The notes beneath the pieces are model-generated. The model saw nothing but the letters and a program-made list of their open reading frames with translations. It had not been told where the DNA came from and made no database searches. A DNA stretch of 45,007 bases, from positions 1-45,007 of the IMG/VR virus record IMGVR_UViG_3300006105_000007; one strand, given 5' to 3'. Below are positions 27,288-36,283 of this stretch, piece after piece (the stretch's first letter is position 1; every line of letters begins with the position of its first letter). The position numbers were made by a program, and so were the translations under genes. The DNA comes from a virus. Lineage: Duplodnaviria > Caudoviricetes.

Positions 27288-27797
27288 CTATTTCAAACTA
27301 AACCCCTTATGGGGTTCAACACGATACCCTTCTTGGGCCTTGCGGTAATTTACAGCCGCAAGGTCCAATTCTTGCAAACTGGAGTACCTGTAACCGGTGG
27401 GTAGTGGTGGCGTCTGACCTGTCAGTTTCTTTAACCTGCGCACCTCCGACCTGGCCGACTTTGTTGAGATTGACGCTATCTCTGGGTCTTGGCCGAAACC
27501 GATTCGGTGGGAGATCAAGTAATTGCGTCGGTGCATCTTGCGGTGCTCGGCGTCAGGCATTGCCACCAGTGACGCGGCTTGATCCTCGGTCAGTGTGTAC
27601 GGTATGGCGGCATCTATCACCTGCGATAACCAAACCGCTTTGCGTCTACCGATTTGGATAAGCGGAAAGTTCTTGCGGCAAAACGAACGGACAGTTTCCA
27701 GGTTTGCCCTCTTGAGTGCGGCCACCTCACGGAATGTTAAGAGGCGGTCATTGGGGTATATCGGGTACCGTGATCTCTGTGGTTTATTTGTAGCCAT
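27288..27797 (-). CDS. HTH (excisionase-like) domain protein
   Basis: RLLTFREVAALKRANLETVR...FPLIQIGRR N-terminal domain. Confidence 0.65.
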   Translation of the reverse strand: MATNKPQRSRYPIYPNDRLLTFREVAALKRANLETVRSFCRKNFPLIQIGRRKAVWLSQVIDAAIPYTLTEDQAASLVAMPDAEHRKMHRRNYLISHRIGFGQDPEIASISTKSARSEVRRLKKLTGQTPPLPTGYRYSSLQELDLAAVNYRKAQEGYRVEPHKGFSLK

Positions 27798-27807
27798 TAT
27801 AAATTAG

Positions 27808-27837
27808 AACAGCCCTCCTTTGGTGAGGAGGGCTGTT
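27808..27837. terminator. Stem-loop/terminator
   Basis: aacagccctcct-N6-aggagggctgtt, 12-bp stem. Confidence 0.65.
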
Positions 27838-27871
27838 TGTGAACACCATCAGACCGAGTAACTTATGTATT

Positions 27872-29116
27872 CTACCATCTTCCAGAGTTCAACATGCCAT
27901 GCGAACCCCCGGGCTCTCCAGAATGTTTGGCTTGCATGAGGTTACTGTACTCGATCAAGCACTCTGCGGCATCTTGCATATTACGTGCCGGTAGGTGCGA
28001 ATCCTCAATCTCGCGGAGATAAACGTTCGTGTCGGGGGTTAACCCGATAGGTTTCAGAATCTCTGAATCCATCCCTGGGAGTGAAACGTATATAATAGAA
28101 CCGCTCGGTCTTTGGTTGAAACCAAGCTGAACCCTCGCATTCCTTTGCCAGCCACCGGTCGTATCCCACTTGAGGCCAATCGTGCGCTCCAGGTCTGCCG
28201 AGAACTGGTGCGTGTGGCCTGAACCGACTCTGTGAATTTGTTCGTGAGGATGCAAATTGCGGTGCATAGTCAGGAGCCTATCCTTCACGTCGGAAATAAA
28301 CCGAGGTGAGTTTGGCGATATGTTAGAGTGACCGTAGCCGTGCATGAAGAGTGCATTGTGTGTGCCCTCGTATGCCAGGTTGACAATCGTTGCATCCATT
28401 GACAACGTAAAGTCAAGTCCATGAATATCCTCGCAAATGTCCTTGACCATTAAGAACAACTGACCAGCCAGTGGGTGACCATTTGTGTACTCATGATTAC
28501 CTCGCATCCACCGAATAGACACCGGCGCATCTGTAAGTTCACGCAAGGCAAGCATTCTCCTTCGAAAATGAACTGCCCCAATCTGACACTGCGACTCTGC
28601 ATTGGAAACGGTTACGTCTAGGTCTTGATTCTTATAGATACCTCGACCGGCAACGTAGTCGTCACCCCATACAAGCTGGATGCGCTCAGGAGCGTATTGC
28701 TTGATAACCTCAAGAGCCTTAATCCATGTCTGATGGCATGAACTCAAAAGGTGATTAGCGTCTGCATAGTGAACGTCAGATTCTCGATGCGTGAGCAGAC
28801 CACCGGTTCTTTGGGTTGAGTCGGCATGTTGAGCCCACGTGATTTGACTGCGAAGGATCGCGTTCTCTTCCTCTAGTTGGGAGATATACGCGTTTCGGGT
28901 ATCAATGACCGCCGGGTGCATTGCCGCATTCTCGTGGGAGAATGGAGGGGTCTTGGAATTGACTCGCGTAACGTGCAAATGCAGACTGCGAATCTTGAGC
29001 CGAATTGCGTCGTAACTTCGACCCTCGAAATGCCCTTGGATGGTGGGAATATCAAGACCCAGACCTACAAGCTCCCGGAGGAGCTTGATGTCTTCATTAG
29101 TCCATGCTGGCTTCAT
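27872..29116 (-). CDS. Calcineurin-like metallophosphoesterase with N-terminal Myb/HTH-like domain
   Basis: SDVH, GDD, GNHE, MHG and GHTH motifs; WTNED...GRSYDAIR N-terminus. Confidence 0.85.
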   Translation of the reverse strand: MKPAWTNEDIKLLRELVGLGLDIPTIQGHFEGRSYDAIRLKIRSLHLHVTRVNSKTPPFSHENAAMHPAVIDTRNAYISQLEEENAILRSQITWAQHADSTQRTGGLLTHRESDVHYADANHLLSSCHQTWIKALEVIKQYAPERIQLVWGDDYVAGRGIYKNQDLDVTVSNAESQCQIGAVHFRRRMLALRELTDAPVSIRWMRGNHEYTNGHPLAGQLFLMVKDICEDIHGLDFTLSMDATIVNLAYEGTHNALFMHGYGHSNISPNSPRFISDVKDRLLTMHRNLHPHEQIHRVGSGHTHQFSADLERTIGLKWDTTGGWQRNARVQLGFNQRPSGSIIYVSLPGMDSEILKPIGLTPDTNVYLREIEDSHLPARNMQDAAECLIEYSNLMQAKHSGEPGGSHGMLNSGRW

Positions 29117-29361
29117 ACAGCACTTCCAGTGGTCGGTGTTGACGTACCTTCCAGTACCGCCGTCGACACCCCGGCGAGATAGGCCGTGCCAGCTAACGGC
29201 GTTTCACTTGGGGAAAGGCTGTACTTAGCCTTGACCGTTATCGCCATCGCTAGGACAATAGTGGCTATCGCGTTTGCGTCGATGGGTCCGTTAATACCCT
29301 TATAAGCCGTTAAGCCAGCAATGAGTGCGTAAAGGAACACTTCAAAAGTCACTCGTTTCAT
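29113..29361 (-). CDS. Putative holin (two TM segments)
   Basis: Two hydrophobic helices, downstream of the endolysin. Confidence 0.5.
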   Translation of the reverse strand: MKRVTFEVFLYALIAGLTAYKGINGPIDANAIATIVLAMAITVKAKYSLSPSETPLAGTAYLAGVSTAVLEGTSTPTTGSAV

Positions 29362-29374
29362 ATTTCCGTTTCTC

Positions 29375-29623
29375 CTATTTGCTCTGCGCTGAGGGGTGAG
29401 TTAGGAATGCGGTCACAATAGCCGACATTGCTCCAGCGACAATCCCGCAGAATGAGCCCATGATAGATGCGCGTCCTTGCATGGAGGCAACATCTGTTTC
29501 TACTTGTCGTAAGTTGGAGGTTCGTTCCTCCATCTTGGCTACCTTAACTAACAATTCTTTAATGTCAGCGCGAATCTCCATGATAGCGTTCATGGTATTG
29601 AACCCTTCGTGCTCGGGAGCCAT
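29375..29623 (-). CDS. Coiled-coil plus C-terminal TM protein (lysis accessory/holin-like)
   Basis: Heptad N-terminus and hydrophobic C-terminus; overlaps the endolysin stop. Confidence 0.55.
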   Translation of the reverse strand: MAPEHEGFNTMNAIMEIRADIKELLVKVAKMEERTSNLRQVETDVASMQGRASIMGSFCGIVAGAMSAIVTAFLTHPSAQSK

Positions 29624-30237
29624 TAGTATAAGCCTCCCGACCCGCGAATGATATTCATGTCCACGTCCAACCCGAGGAGCGTGGTTTCGCGTTGCTGTTT
29701 AATATCCCAATCGTCGTAGTACAGAGAATCCGTCCAACCCTTTGATTCGGCAAGCCAGCGGAAGTCGATCAGCTTGGCGGCAGTAAGAAAGGCGAGGGTT
29801 TTCCCTGAACCGTACGCTCCTGGCCTGAAACCGCTTGCGCGGACAACCGAAGCAAACGCCACAAAGTCTAGGTAAATGGGTCGGTGTAGATCGTCTGAGG
29901 TGGCATCGTAATCGACTGACCGGTAGATGACTGTGCCCTTTGGGGCCTGTAAATTGGTCAAATGTTGGACCGATAAAATGCCAGCGGCTCGACCTTGCGA
30001 TTGCCCGAACGAATCTACCGTGTTACCTGCCTCGTAGACGTGACCCACCTTTAGTCCGCATGAGTGCAGTTCCGTGATTTCAGCCGCAGTAAACGCTTTA
30101 TTGGGAAACTGCTGAGTGTTTTGGGTGTACTTAATAACACCCTCAATTCCGTTCGTGTCAAGTTGCTTGCCCAACCCCAAAACAGACGAGGTTGTGTCAA
30201 TGGCAATACTCAACGTTGTCAGTCCTGTGGTTACCAT
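29623..30237 (-). CDS. Endolysin, DUF1906/GH25-like glycoside hydrolase
   Basis: KAFTAAE, VYE, IYRSVDYD, GAYGS, WLAESKGW and DVDMN motifs. Confidence 0.85.
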   Translation of the reverse strand: MVTTGLTTLSIAIDTTSSVLGLGKQLDTNGIEGVIKYTQNTQQFPNKAFTAAEITELHSCGLKVGHVYEAGNTVDSFGQSQGRAAGILSVQHLTNLQAPKGTVIYRSVDYDATSDDLHRPIYLDFVAFASVVRASGFRPGAYGSGKTLAFLTAAKLIDFRWLAESKGWTDSLYYDDWDIKQQRETTLLGLDVDMNIIRGSGGLY

Positions 30238-30259
30238 ATCTATAGTTTACAATATTCGA

Positions 30260-31873
30260 TCAATAGTCGTACCAGTTCCCGTCAGCCTGATGATCCTCTT
30301 CTTCGTGGACGTATTTGCTGGACCATTCAAATCTGGGGAGATCATCGGGGCCACGGTAAACCTTGTAAGCGAACCCTTCACCGTATTCCCCGAGGTTGGT
30401 CTTAATGTGCGTAGCGTTACAGTAACCCTTGCGCTTCTTATCCCATTTAATCTGGAGGCACGTTCGGTACTTTCCGACGATAGCAATAGACCCAAGGCCA
30501 GCATAAATTGGATTGGAGTCTCCATCCTTAGAGCCGTTGCCCTTGTGTAGGTGACGCAAGCAAATAATGCAAGCCCCTGTCTCTGCGGCGATTTTCTTGA
30601 GGCCATCCATAATCATGTGGACATTAATCTTTGCCCCTTGCACACCGGATGCGGCCTCAATAAACGCCGTAATAGGGTCGATCACCACTAGCTTCGCTTG
30701 AGTCGCCTTGATCTTGAGTTTCATGTCCTCTAACCCCTGAAAGTCTAGCGGTACCACTTCATCCTTAATGGCGATGCGCGTCAAGTTGCCTTGGAGCGCC
30801 ATGAGTCGCGGAACCGTCGTATACTCCTTCGCGTCCTCGGTCGCATACAGGAGAACATTGATGGGTGGGGACTCAGTGTGTAAGGCGGGAATGGATGCCC
30901 CATTAGAGGCTACACACGCCATTGCCGCCGCAAGGAGCGACTTGCCGATACCTGGGTCACCTTCGATACCGGCCAGCGTCCCAAATGCAAAGTACGGCTT
31001 AAAGAGCCAGTCCACCTTTGCTGGGGTGACCTCGGATGCCCACACAAACCCTCGCACTTCGTCGTCCGGTAAAAGGTCATGACGCGGCACGAATTCGTCG
31101 GGCGTGTATCCCGCAATCAGATGGTCGTACGCGTCATCCTTCTCTCCCTCAGTCTTTGAGTTGACAATGGCGCACGGAACACCGGCCCGAGTTAACTCCA
31201 AGCTGACACGCTTTGCGAAATCGGTTGCTGGTGCATCCCGCTGGGCCACGATGACCACCGTGGCCCCTCGTAGATGGTCGGCGTAGTACGGCTTCCATTG
31301 TGACTTCTCGCCGTGTGCAAGGCAGGTCGCCATGAATCCACGCTCCAGCATGGCGTTCGCGGCCTTCTCCCCGTTGCAAAAGTACACCGTGCCGCCACCC
31401 TTCGCTTCCTGCATGACCCCTGGTAGATTGTAAAGGCAGTACACCTTTAATCCTAGCCCAGCGTCCTCCGGAGTCGGGTATCGAAACTCACCCTTCTTGA
31501 GTGGTTGCCCATCCTTAAACCGGCATTGAAGGTAGAAACTCTTGCGTCCCTCCTTCGTGTAGTAACGCACCTTCTCAAATAGGTACTCCCCTTTCGGTCC
31601 AGTGTACGTGTACGTCTCACTTCGCGGTCTAGTGGAGACAACGGCCTCCCTTATGCGCCGGTCCTCTTGCGTGAGTCCGAGTGACTGCAAAATAGCGTCC
31701 TCACTGCACCCAACTTGACATCGCATATGGATATACCCGTCGCTACCTTCCCATGCGGCAAACGAGGGATGGGAGTCATCATGGGCAGGGCACTTGGATC
31801 GTACTCCGGGCTGGTCTTTATATGTGAAGGGTTTTGGATTGTCGAGTCGTTCGGTAAAACTATGAAAGTCCAT
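30260..31873 (-). CDS. Primase-helicase (Zn finger + TOPRIM-like + RecA/AAA_25 helicase)
   Basis: CPAHDD..C..GC zinc finger, Walker A GDPGIGKS, TED and VVIDP motifs. Confidence 0.88.
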   Translation of the reverse strand: MDFHSFTERLDNPKPFTYKDQPGVRSKCPAHDDSHPSFAAWEGSDGYIHMRCQVGCSEDAILQSLGLTQEDRRIREAVVSTRPRSETYTYTGPKGEYLFEKVRYYTKEGRKSFYLQCRFKDGQPLKKGEFRYPTPEDAGLGLKVYCLYNLPGVMQEAKGGGTVYFCNGEKAANAMLERGFMATCLAHGEKSQWKPYYADHLRGATVVIVAQRDAPATDFAKRVSLELTRAGVPCAIVNSKTEGEKDDAYDHLIAGYTPDEFVPRHDLLPDDEVRGFVWASEVTPAKVDWLFKPYFAFGTLAGIEGDPGIGKSLLAAAMACVASNGASIPALHTESPPINVLLYATEDAKEYTTVPRLMALQGNLTRIAIKDEVVPLDFQGLEDMKLKIKATQAKLVVIDPITAFIEAASGVQGAKINVHMIMDGLKKIAAETGACIICLRHLHKGNGSKDGDSNPIYAGLGSIAIVGKYRTCLQIKWDKKRKGYCNATHIKTNLGEYGEGFAYKVYRGPDDLPRFEWSSKYVHEEEDHQADGNWYDY

Positions 31874-32324
31874 ACAATTCGTTTCTCTTGTCAAAAGCGG
31901 TCGTGGCCACAGCAAGTGCGGCCCACATGTCAGCCTTGAATCCGTAAGTGGCTCCTGGGCTGTTCTTCTTCCCTGGGGCACCATATCGGTCAATCAAGGC
32001 TTGACGAATATTCATATCGTTCGCTCTGGAACTATGACAGATATGATTCTTGATTGCAATGCGTGTCAAGCGTTTACAACTGTCATTATTGCCCCACCAT
32101 GCCATGAACTTGCCAGCCCACACGCAAGTCTCAAATACTTCTTGGCCGACTGGCATTCCGTAGGATGCGATCATTTCAATGCACAGGTGGTAGTTTTCCT
32201 CGCATCCTAGTGTGGGTAGCCATTCTTTCAAATCTTCGTTGTCTAGAATATTCCTGCTGACTATGCGTCCTGCATCATCCAAAATTACGACCGCTGATTG
32301 CACGGGTCCAGGGTCAATCCCCAC
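31860..32324 (-). CDS. RuvC-like Holliday junction resolvase
   Basis: GIDPG, CIEMIASYGM and DMWAALAVA motifs. Confidence 0.82.
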   Translation of the reverse strand: MGIDPGPVQSAVVILDDAGRIVSRNILDNEDLKEWLPTLGCEENYHLCIEMIASYGMPVGQEVFETCVWAGKFMAWWGNNDSCKRLTRIAIKNHICHSSRANDMNIRQALIDRYGAPGKKNSPGATYGFKADMWAALAVATTAFDKRNELYGLS

Positions 32325-32340
32325 AATATAATGCGTGTGT

Positions 32341-32904
32341 TCAGTAATGGCGCACCTCCCAGAAGATCGTGTTATCGCCTGTATCTGTTAATGGGCCGTC
32401 AATGGTTGTGAACTCCACGACCGCACCGTCAAACTTGTCAAGTAGGTGATTCAGCATCTCGTATGAATTGTTGTCCATGCGCGACTGTAATAGCATGAGC
32501 GCATACAGGCCGGTACAGTGATACTGCTCGGTCGCTAACGCAATTCTCATGGGTAGCTTGCAGGGACTCCAACGCAGGGATAGCCCTTCATGGGTCCGCA
32601 TGGCTTCGCCTTGGATCAAGATACGGTCATCATCAATACACCGACTGAGCGTAACTCGCTCAAGGTCAGCACCCTCGCAAATCCACTGGTTGAGTATGTA
32701 CGGAACCTCGACTGGGCGCAATCTCTGCCCGTATCGCGGAAACGTGCAACCACCGATCCCTAGATACCGAAGCATCCATCGCCCGTCACTATGCCGTGGT
32801 AGGTTTCGATAAATCGTGTTAAACCCAATATAGGTTTCAACCTGCCAACCGAACTCCCCTCGCTTGAGGAGTTCGGCCATTTGTTGCTTGGATTCTATGC
32901 GCAT
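32341..32904 (-). CDS. Hypothetical protein (possible ATP-grasp-like C-terminus)
   Basis: 187 aa coupled to the clamp gene; IQGE and VVEFT...IFWEVR motifs. Confidence 0.6.
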   Translation of the reverse strand: MRIESKQQMAELLKRGEFGWQVETYIGFNTIYRNLPRHSDGRWMLRYLGIGGCTFPRYGQRLRPVEVPYILNQWICEGADLERVTLSRCIDDDRILIQGEAMRTHEGLSLRWSPCKLPMRIALATEQYHCTGLYALMLLQSRMDNNSYEMLNHLLDKFDGAVVEFTTIDGPLTDTGDNTIFWEVRHY

Positions 32905-34019
32905 CAGGCACCTACCTTGAAGGTTGCAATGACTGCGCGGAACTTCATCTCGTCACTGACTGGGGTGACCAGCGCAGAGTGGGTGCCGCTGTACGGGTTA
33001 CGTGCAATCGAAATCGTAATCTTCTCGGCTGGTTTGCAAGCACGAATAGCTTCAAGCACCTGGCTTGCGTCCAGGATAACTTTCTCTCCCGTGCCTGTGA
33101 TTTCACAAGGAAGTGATTCTTCTGACTTACGGGGCGGGTTGAGGCTAATCGCAGACATCTTGACTGCTGACGCGGAACCTGGAACAATGTCCAGCTTGCG
33201 TTCGTCGTCGTGAGTGCTGGCGAATCGACCCAAAGCCGCCTCTAGCATGGACCGATTGAACGTGTACGTGAAGATGGGGGTCACATCAAACAGCTTCTCC
33301 CACTTCGGCGGCAACGAACCAGATACACGCTGACTTACGATCTCATGGCCATCCAGCGTCCCGGCATGGATGCGGTAATCGTTCCAGCGAATTAGCAATC
33401 GACCCTTATGCTTCATAGCAATAATGGCCGCAACCATCCTGGGTGGCAACAAAATCGTGCCCGTCGTGGACTCGGTAGCCGAGTCGATTGTGTCCGCATG
33501 GAGTCGAACCTTATCCGTCGCTACCAGACTCATATCCTTGCCAGTGCAAGTCACGCAAGGGCACTCAAACGGAAGCGAGATGCGCGTCTTCATGAGGGCC
33601 GGTCGAATGCGCTCCAAGGATTCTCGCAATAGGTCGGCGTCTACCGAAATACCTTCCTCTTGGGCTAGTACGGGAATCTGCGGAAAATCGGTTGATTCTA
33701 AGACACTGAATCGAATATCACCGTTGCGCCATTTAAGCCGACACTTTGATTCACGAAAGGTGATCGTAATAGTGGGTGACTCAATCGTCCAGATTGGGCT
33801 CAGGACCCTTGGGTCCACGCAAAAGTCTCCTAGGATTTCATTCTCAATCTGAATGACCTGCGATTGCCACGTCTCTCGTGAAAATCCTGCAATCAAAAGT
33901 TGATTGACGCCGAACTTGAATCGGACAAATGTGGACGCGTCTCCTCCACCTGGAGCATTCGCAAACTTAACGGCGAGTCGTAGTGATTCTGTGGGTACTA
34001 CCCATTCTTGTACTTGCAT
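32904..34019 (-). CDS. dnaN: DNA polymerase III beta sliding clamp (divergent)
   Basis: 371 aa, three-domain length; DFPQIP and LVATDKVRL motifs. Confidence 0.82.
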   Translation of the reverse strand: MQVQEWVVPTESLRLAVKFANAPGGGDASTFVRFKFGVNQLLIAGFSRETWQSQVIQIENEILGDFCVDPRVLSPIWTIESPTITITFRESKCRLKWRNGDIRFSVLESTDFPQIPVLAQEEGISVDADLLRESLERIRPALMKTRISLPFECPCVTCTGKDMSLVATDKVRLHADTIDSATESTTGTILLPPRMVAAIIAMKHKGRLLIRWNDYRIHAGTLDGHEIVSQRVSGSLPPKWEKLFDVTPIFTYTFNRSMLEAALGRFASTHDDERKLDIVPGSASAVKMSAISLNPPRKSEESLPCEITGTGEKVILDASQVLEAIRACKPAEKITISIARNPYSGTHSALVTPVSDEMKFRAVIATFKVGA

Positions 34020-34021
34020 TC

Positions 34022-34243
34022 CTAGTAATTCTCCAGCCCAGGCAGTTTCGGTTGCGCAGGGGATTGGTCGAGGTGTAATCGGTAACGAGTCGATAGGCGG
34101 TGGATTGATGAAATCGGCACCCCAGTCAACTCATAGACTTGTTGTGCGGTCATTTGCTGGCCGATGTAGAGATTGTAGACTTCCTCGCATACCTCTATGG
34201 AATACGTGTTAGGTCGCCCTTTTCCTTTTCCTGTGAACACCAT
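34022..34243 (-). CDS. Small HTH DNA-binding protein
   Basis: GRP..YS and TAQQVYELTGVPISSIHR. Confidence 0.75.
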   Translation of the reverse strand: MVFTGKGKGRPNTYSIEVCEEVYNLYIGQQMTAQQVYELTGVPISSIHRLSTRYRLHLDQSPAQPKLPGLENY

Positions 34244-34330
34244 GACGACCAGTATACATGAATTTCAATCAATTTCGATTTTTTATGAAAAATATCTTGA
34301 TTCTTCCAGAAGACACGGTATAGTGTTGTC
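34244..34330. promoter_or_regulatory. Divergent promoters for leaderless transcripts
   Basis: Plus strand: TTGATT(34297)-16 nt-TATAGT(34319)-6 nt-ATG. Minus strand: TATACT 7 nt before ATG 34243. Confidence 0.65.
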
Positions 34331-34951
34331 ATGGAAAACGAAACCCATACCGCAAAACCCGACTTCATGGGCATGACCGAAACCGAATATCAGGCATGGA
34401 TTGAGGAAGCATTGGCTAACCCTACCACCCCTGAAAAATCATTTGAAATTGATTCCGACGGCGCACTTGATTGGGTTCTTGGCAAGTTCCTAGAATGCGA
34501 AAGCCAACTACAAGCAATTCAGAACAGCCCCGAGGTCATCCGAGCCAAGGCAATCATCGCCAATGCCCAAGACCTAGAGAGGCGCGCCAAGGAGCGCATT
34601 GAGCGATTACACGGTCGATTTGACAATGAAATCGCCCATTACGTTCAAGCGAAATTGGAAGGGAAACGCACTCGCACGTACCGAACCCTCCTGGGAGCCG
34701 TATCATTGAGAAACAAGGCCGCAGGATTAACTGTGATAAACAAGGAGTCGGCTCTTGAGTGGGCTAAAGACGCATACCCTGCCGCTGTCACGACCGAGAT
34801 CAAAGAGTCGTTCAAGATTTCCGAAGTGGACAGTGTTATGAAAGCGATTCTCATGGCGGAATCGAACGACACATTGGCTCGTCGTGGACTGCTGGCGACA
34901 CCTGCGACTGAAACACTTACGATTACGACGGGGGTTGGTGGTGCAGAGTAG
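34331..34951 (+). CDS. Host-nuclease inhibitor Gam-like protein
   Basis: FEIDSDGALDWVLGK, coiled coil, RTLLGAVSLR and ALEWAK motifs. Confidence 0.72.
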   Translation: MENETHTAKPDFMGMTETEYQAWIEEALANPTTPEKSFEIDSDGALDWVLGKFLECESQLQAIQNSPEVIRAKAIIANAQDLERRAKERIERLHGRFDNEIAHYVQAKLEGKRTRTYRTLLGAVSLRNKAAGLTVINKESALEWAKDAYPAAVTTEIKESFKISEVDSVMKAILMAESNDTLARRGLLATPATETLTITTGVGGAE

Positions 34952-35558
34952 CGAGTCAGCCGTTATAGAGTTAGCGATTAGTCGTTACTTCCCTGAGGCG
35001 TACGATTTACCATGCGCCTCAGTGTGTGGCGGGTTTATTCGTAGCACCCTAGAGGGGACGCCTCCGAATGACCTGGACGTATTCTTTGATAGCCCCGATT
35101 CGTTATATGGGGCTGTCGCTAAGATTTGCGGGGTAGGTCGATACATATGCACGGAAACGCGTTATGCGTTTACGTTTGTAAACGGTTCCAAGAAGATTCA
35201 GTTCATCAAAAATATTTACGGACAATATAACGAATTGCCTTTACAATTCGACTTTACGGTTTGTATGGCATCAATTCCGCTTATCCCTGGGTCTAACGTA
35301 TTCATGTCGGGCCTATGTCGTGATGATTTAACAGCGCGACGTATCCGCATTTATGGAATCACCGACGCGCTAGGCACTTTGAGGCGCGTGGCGCGGTATA
35401 TGGAATACGGTTACTCTATTGAACCGTGTGACATTCTCACTATTCACGACGCTTTATCTCTGCAACGCCCCAAAGGTGACGACTATCCCGAAGAAACACT
35501 TCTTCCTACAACCAGTACAGCCTTGTGCCCAGACGAGTATGACCCGTTTGCAATGTAA
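34941..35558 (+). CDS. Nucleotidyltransferase (CCA-adding/poly(A) polymerase head-like)
   Basis: GGFIRS...PNDLDVFF (hG[GS]..DxD), IQFI, FDFTVC and LRRVARYMEYGY motifs. Confidence 0.8.
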   Translation: MQSSESAVIELAISRYFPEAYDLPCASVCGGFIRSTLEGTPPNDLDVFFDSPDSLYGAVAKICGVGRYICTETRYAFTFVNGSKKIQFIKNIYGQYNELPLQFDFTVCMASIPLIPGSNVFMSGLCRDDLTARRIRIYGITDALGTLRRVARYMEYGYSIEPCDILTIHDALSLQRPKGDDYPEETLLPTTSTALCPDEYDPFAM

Positions 35559-35560
35559 TC

Positions 35561-36283
35561 ATGGAAGCAAAGAAAACATCTCACGTATATGAAGCAATTT
35601 CCAGCGTCATGTTGGAACTGTCCAAAGAAGGTATCGGTAAGGAGGGATACAACCCAAGTCAAAAGTACAAGTTCCGTGGAATTGACGCGGTATATAATGC
35701 CTTGTCGTCGCTTCTCGCGGCTAACAAACTTGTCATCATTCCACGAGTCCTCGACCATAAGCTAGAGGAGCGTGTTACCTCCAACGGTGGCCGCATGGCT
35801 TACTCGTTTGTTGACGTGGAATTCGATCTTGTGTCGTCAGTGGATGGGTCAACCCACACGTGCCGAACAAGGGGCGAAGGGATGGATACCTCCGACAAGT
35901 CCACTAACAAAGCGATGTCGGCGGCTTACAAGTACATGGCGTTCATGCTGTTTTGTATCCCAACCGAGGGTGATAATGATGCTGACGCGCACACTCCGCA
36001 GGTTATGGCGAGAGGTGAGCGACCTCGCGACGAGCAGGTACAACGCACAGTCGCCGCCGCACCCAATACAAATGAGCGTGACGCTGGCGCGTGGCTAAAG
36101 AAGATCGGACTGCAAGCCGAAGCATTCAAGGAGTTCAAGGCCGCGATTCCACCGGACATGTTGTGGTACAACGTAGCTCTGGATGCGTCAGCGCGAGGTG
36201 TGACCAACGTAACCGAGCTAATGATTTACGTCAAGGAAGGTCGGGCTCCAGGTTTTGAATCAGTGGTGGGCAACGATGATTAA
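35561..36283 (+). CDS. erf: ERF family ssDNA annealing protein
   Basis: YKFRGIDAVYNAL and GEGMDTSDKSTNKAMSAAYKY...FCIPTEGDNDAD motifs. Confidence 0.9.
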   Translation: MEAKKTSHVYEAISSVMLELSKEGIGKEGYNPSQKYKFRGIDAVYNALSSLLAANKLVIIPRVLDHKLEERVTSNGGRMAYSFVDVEFDLVSSVDGSTHTCRTRGEGMDTSDKSTNKAMSAAYKYMAFMLFCIPTEGDNDADAHTPQVMARGERPRDEQVQRTVAAAPNTNERDAGAWLKKIGLQAEAFKEFKAAIPPDMLWYNVALDASARGVTNVTELMIYVKEGRAPGFESVVGNDD

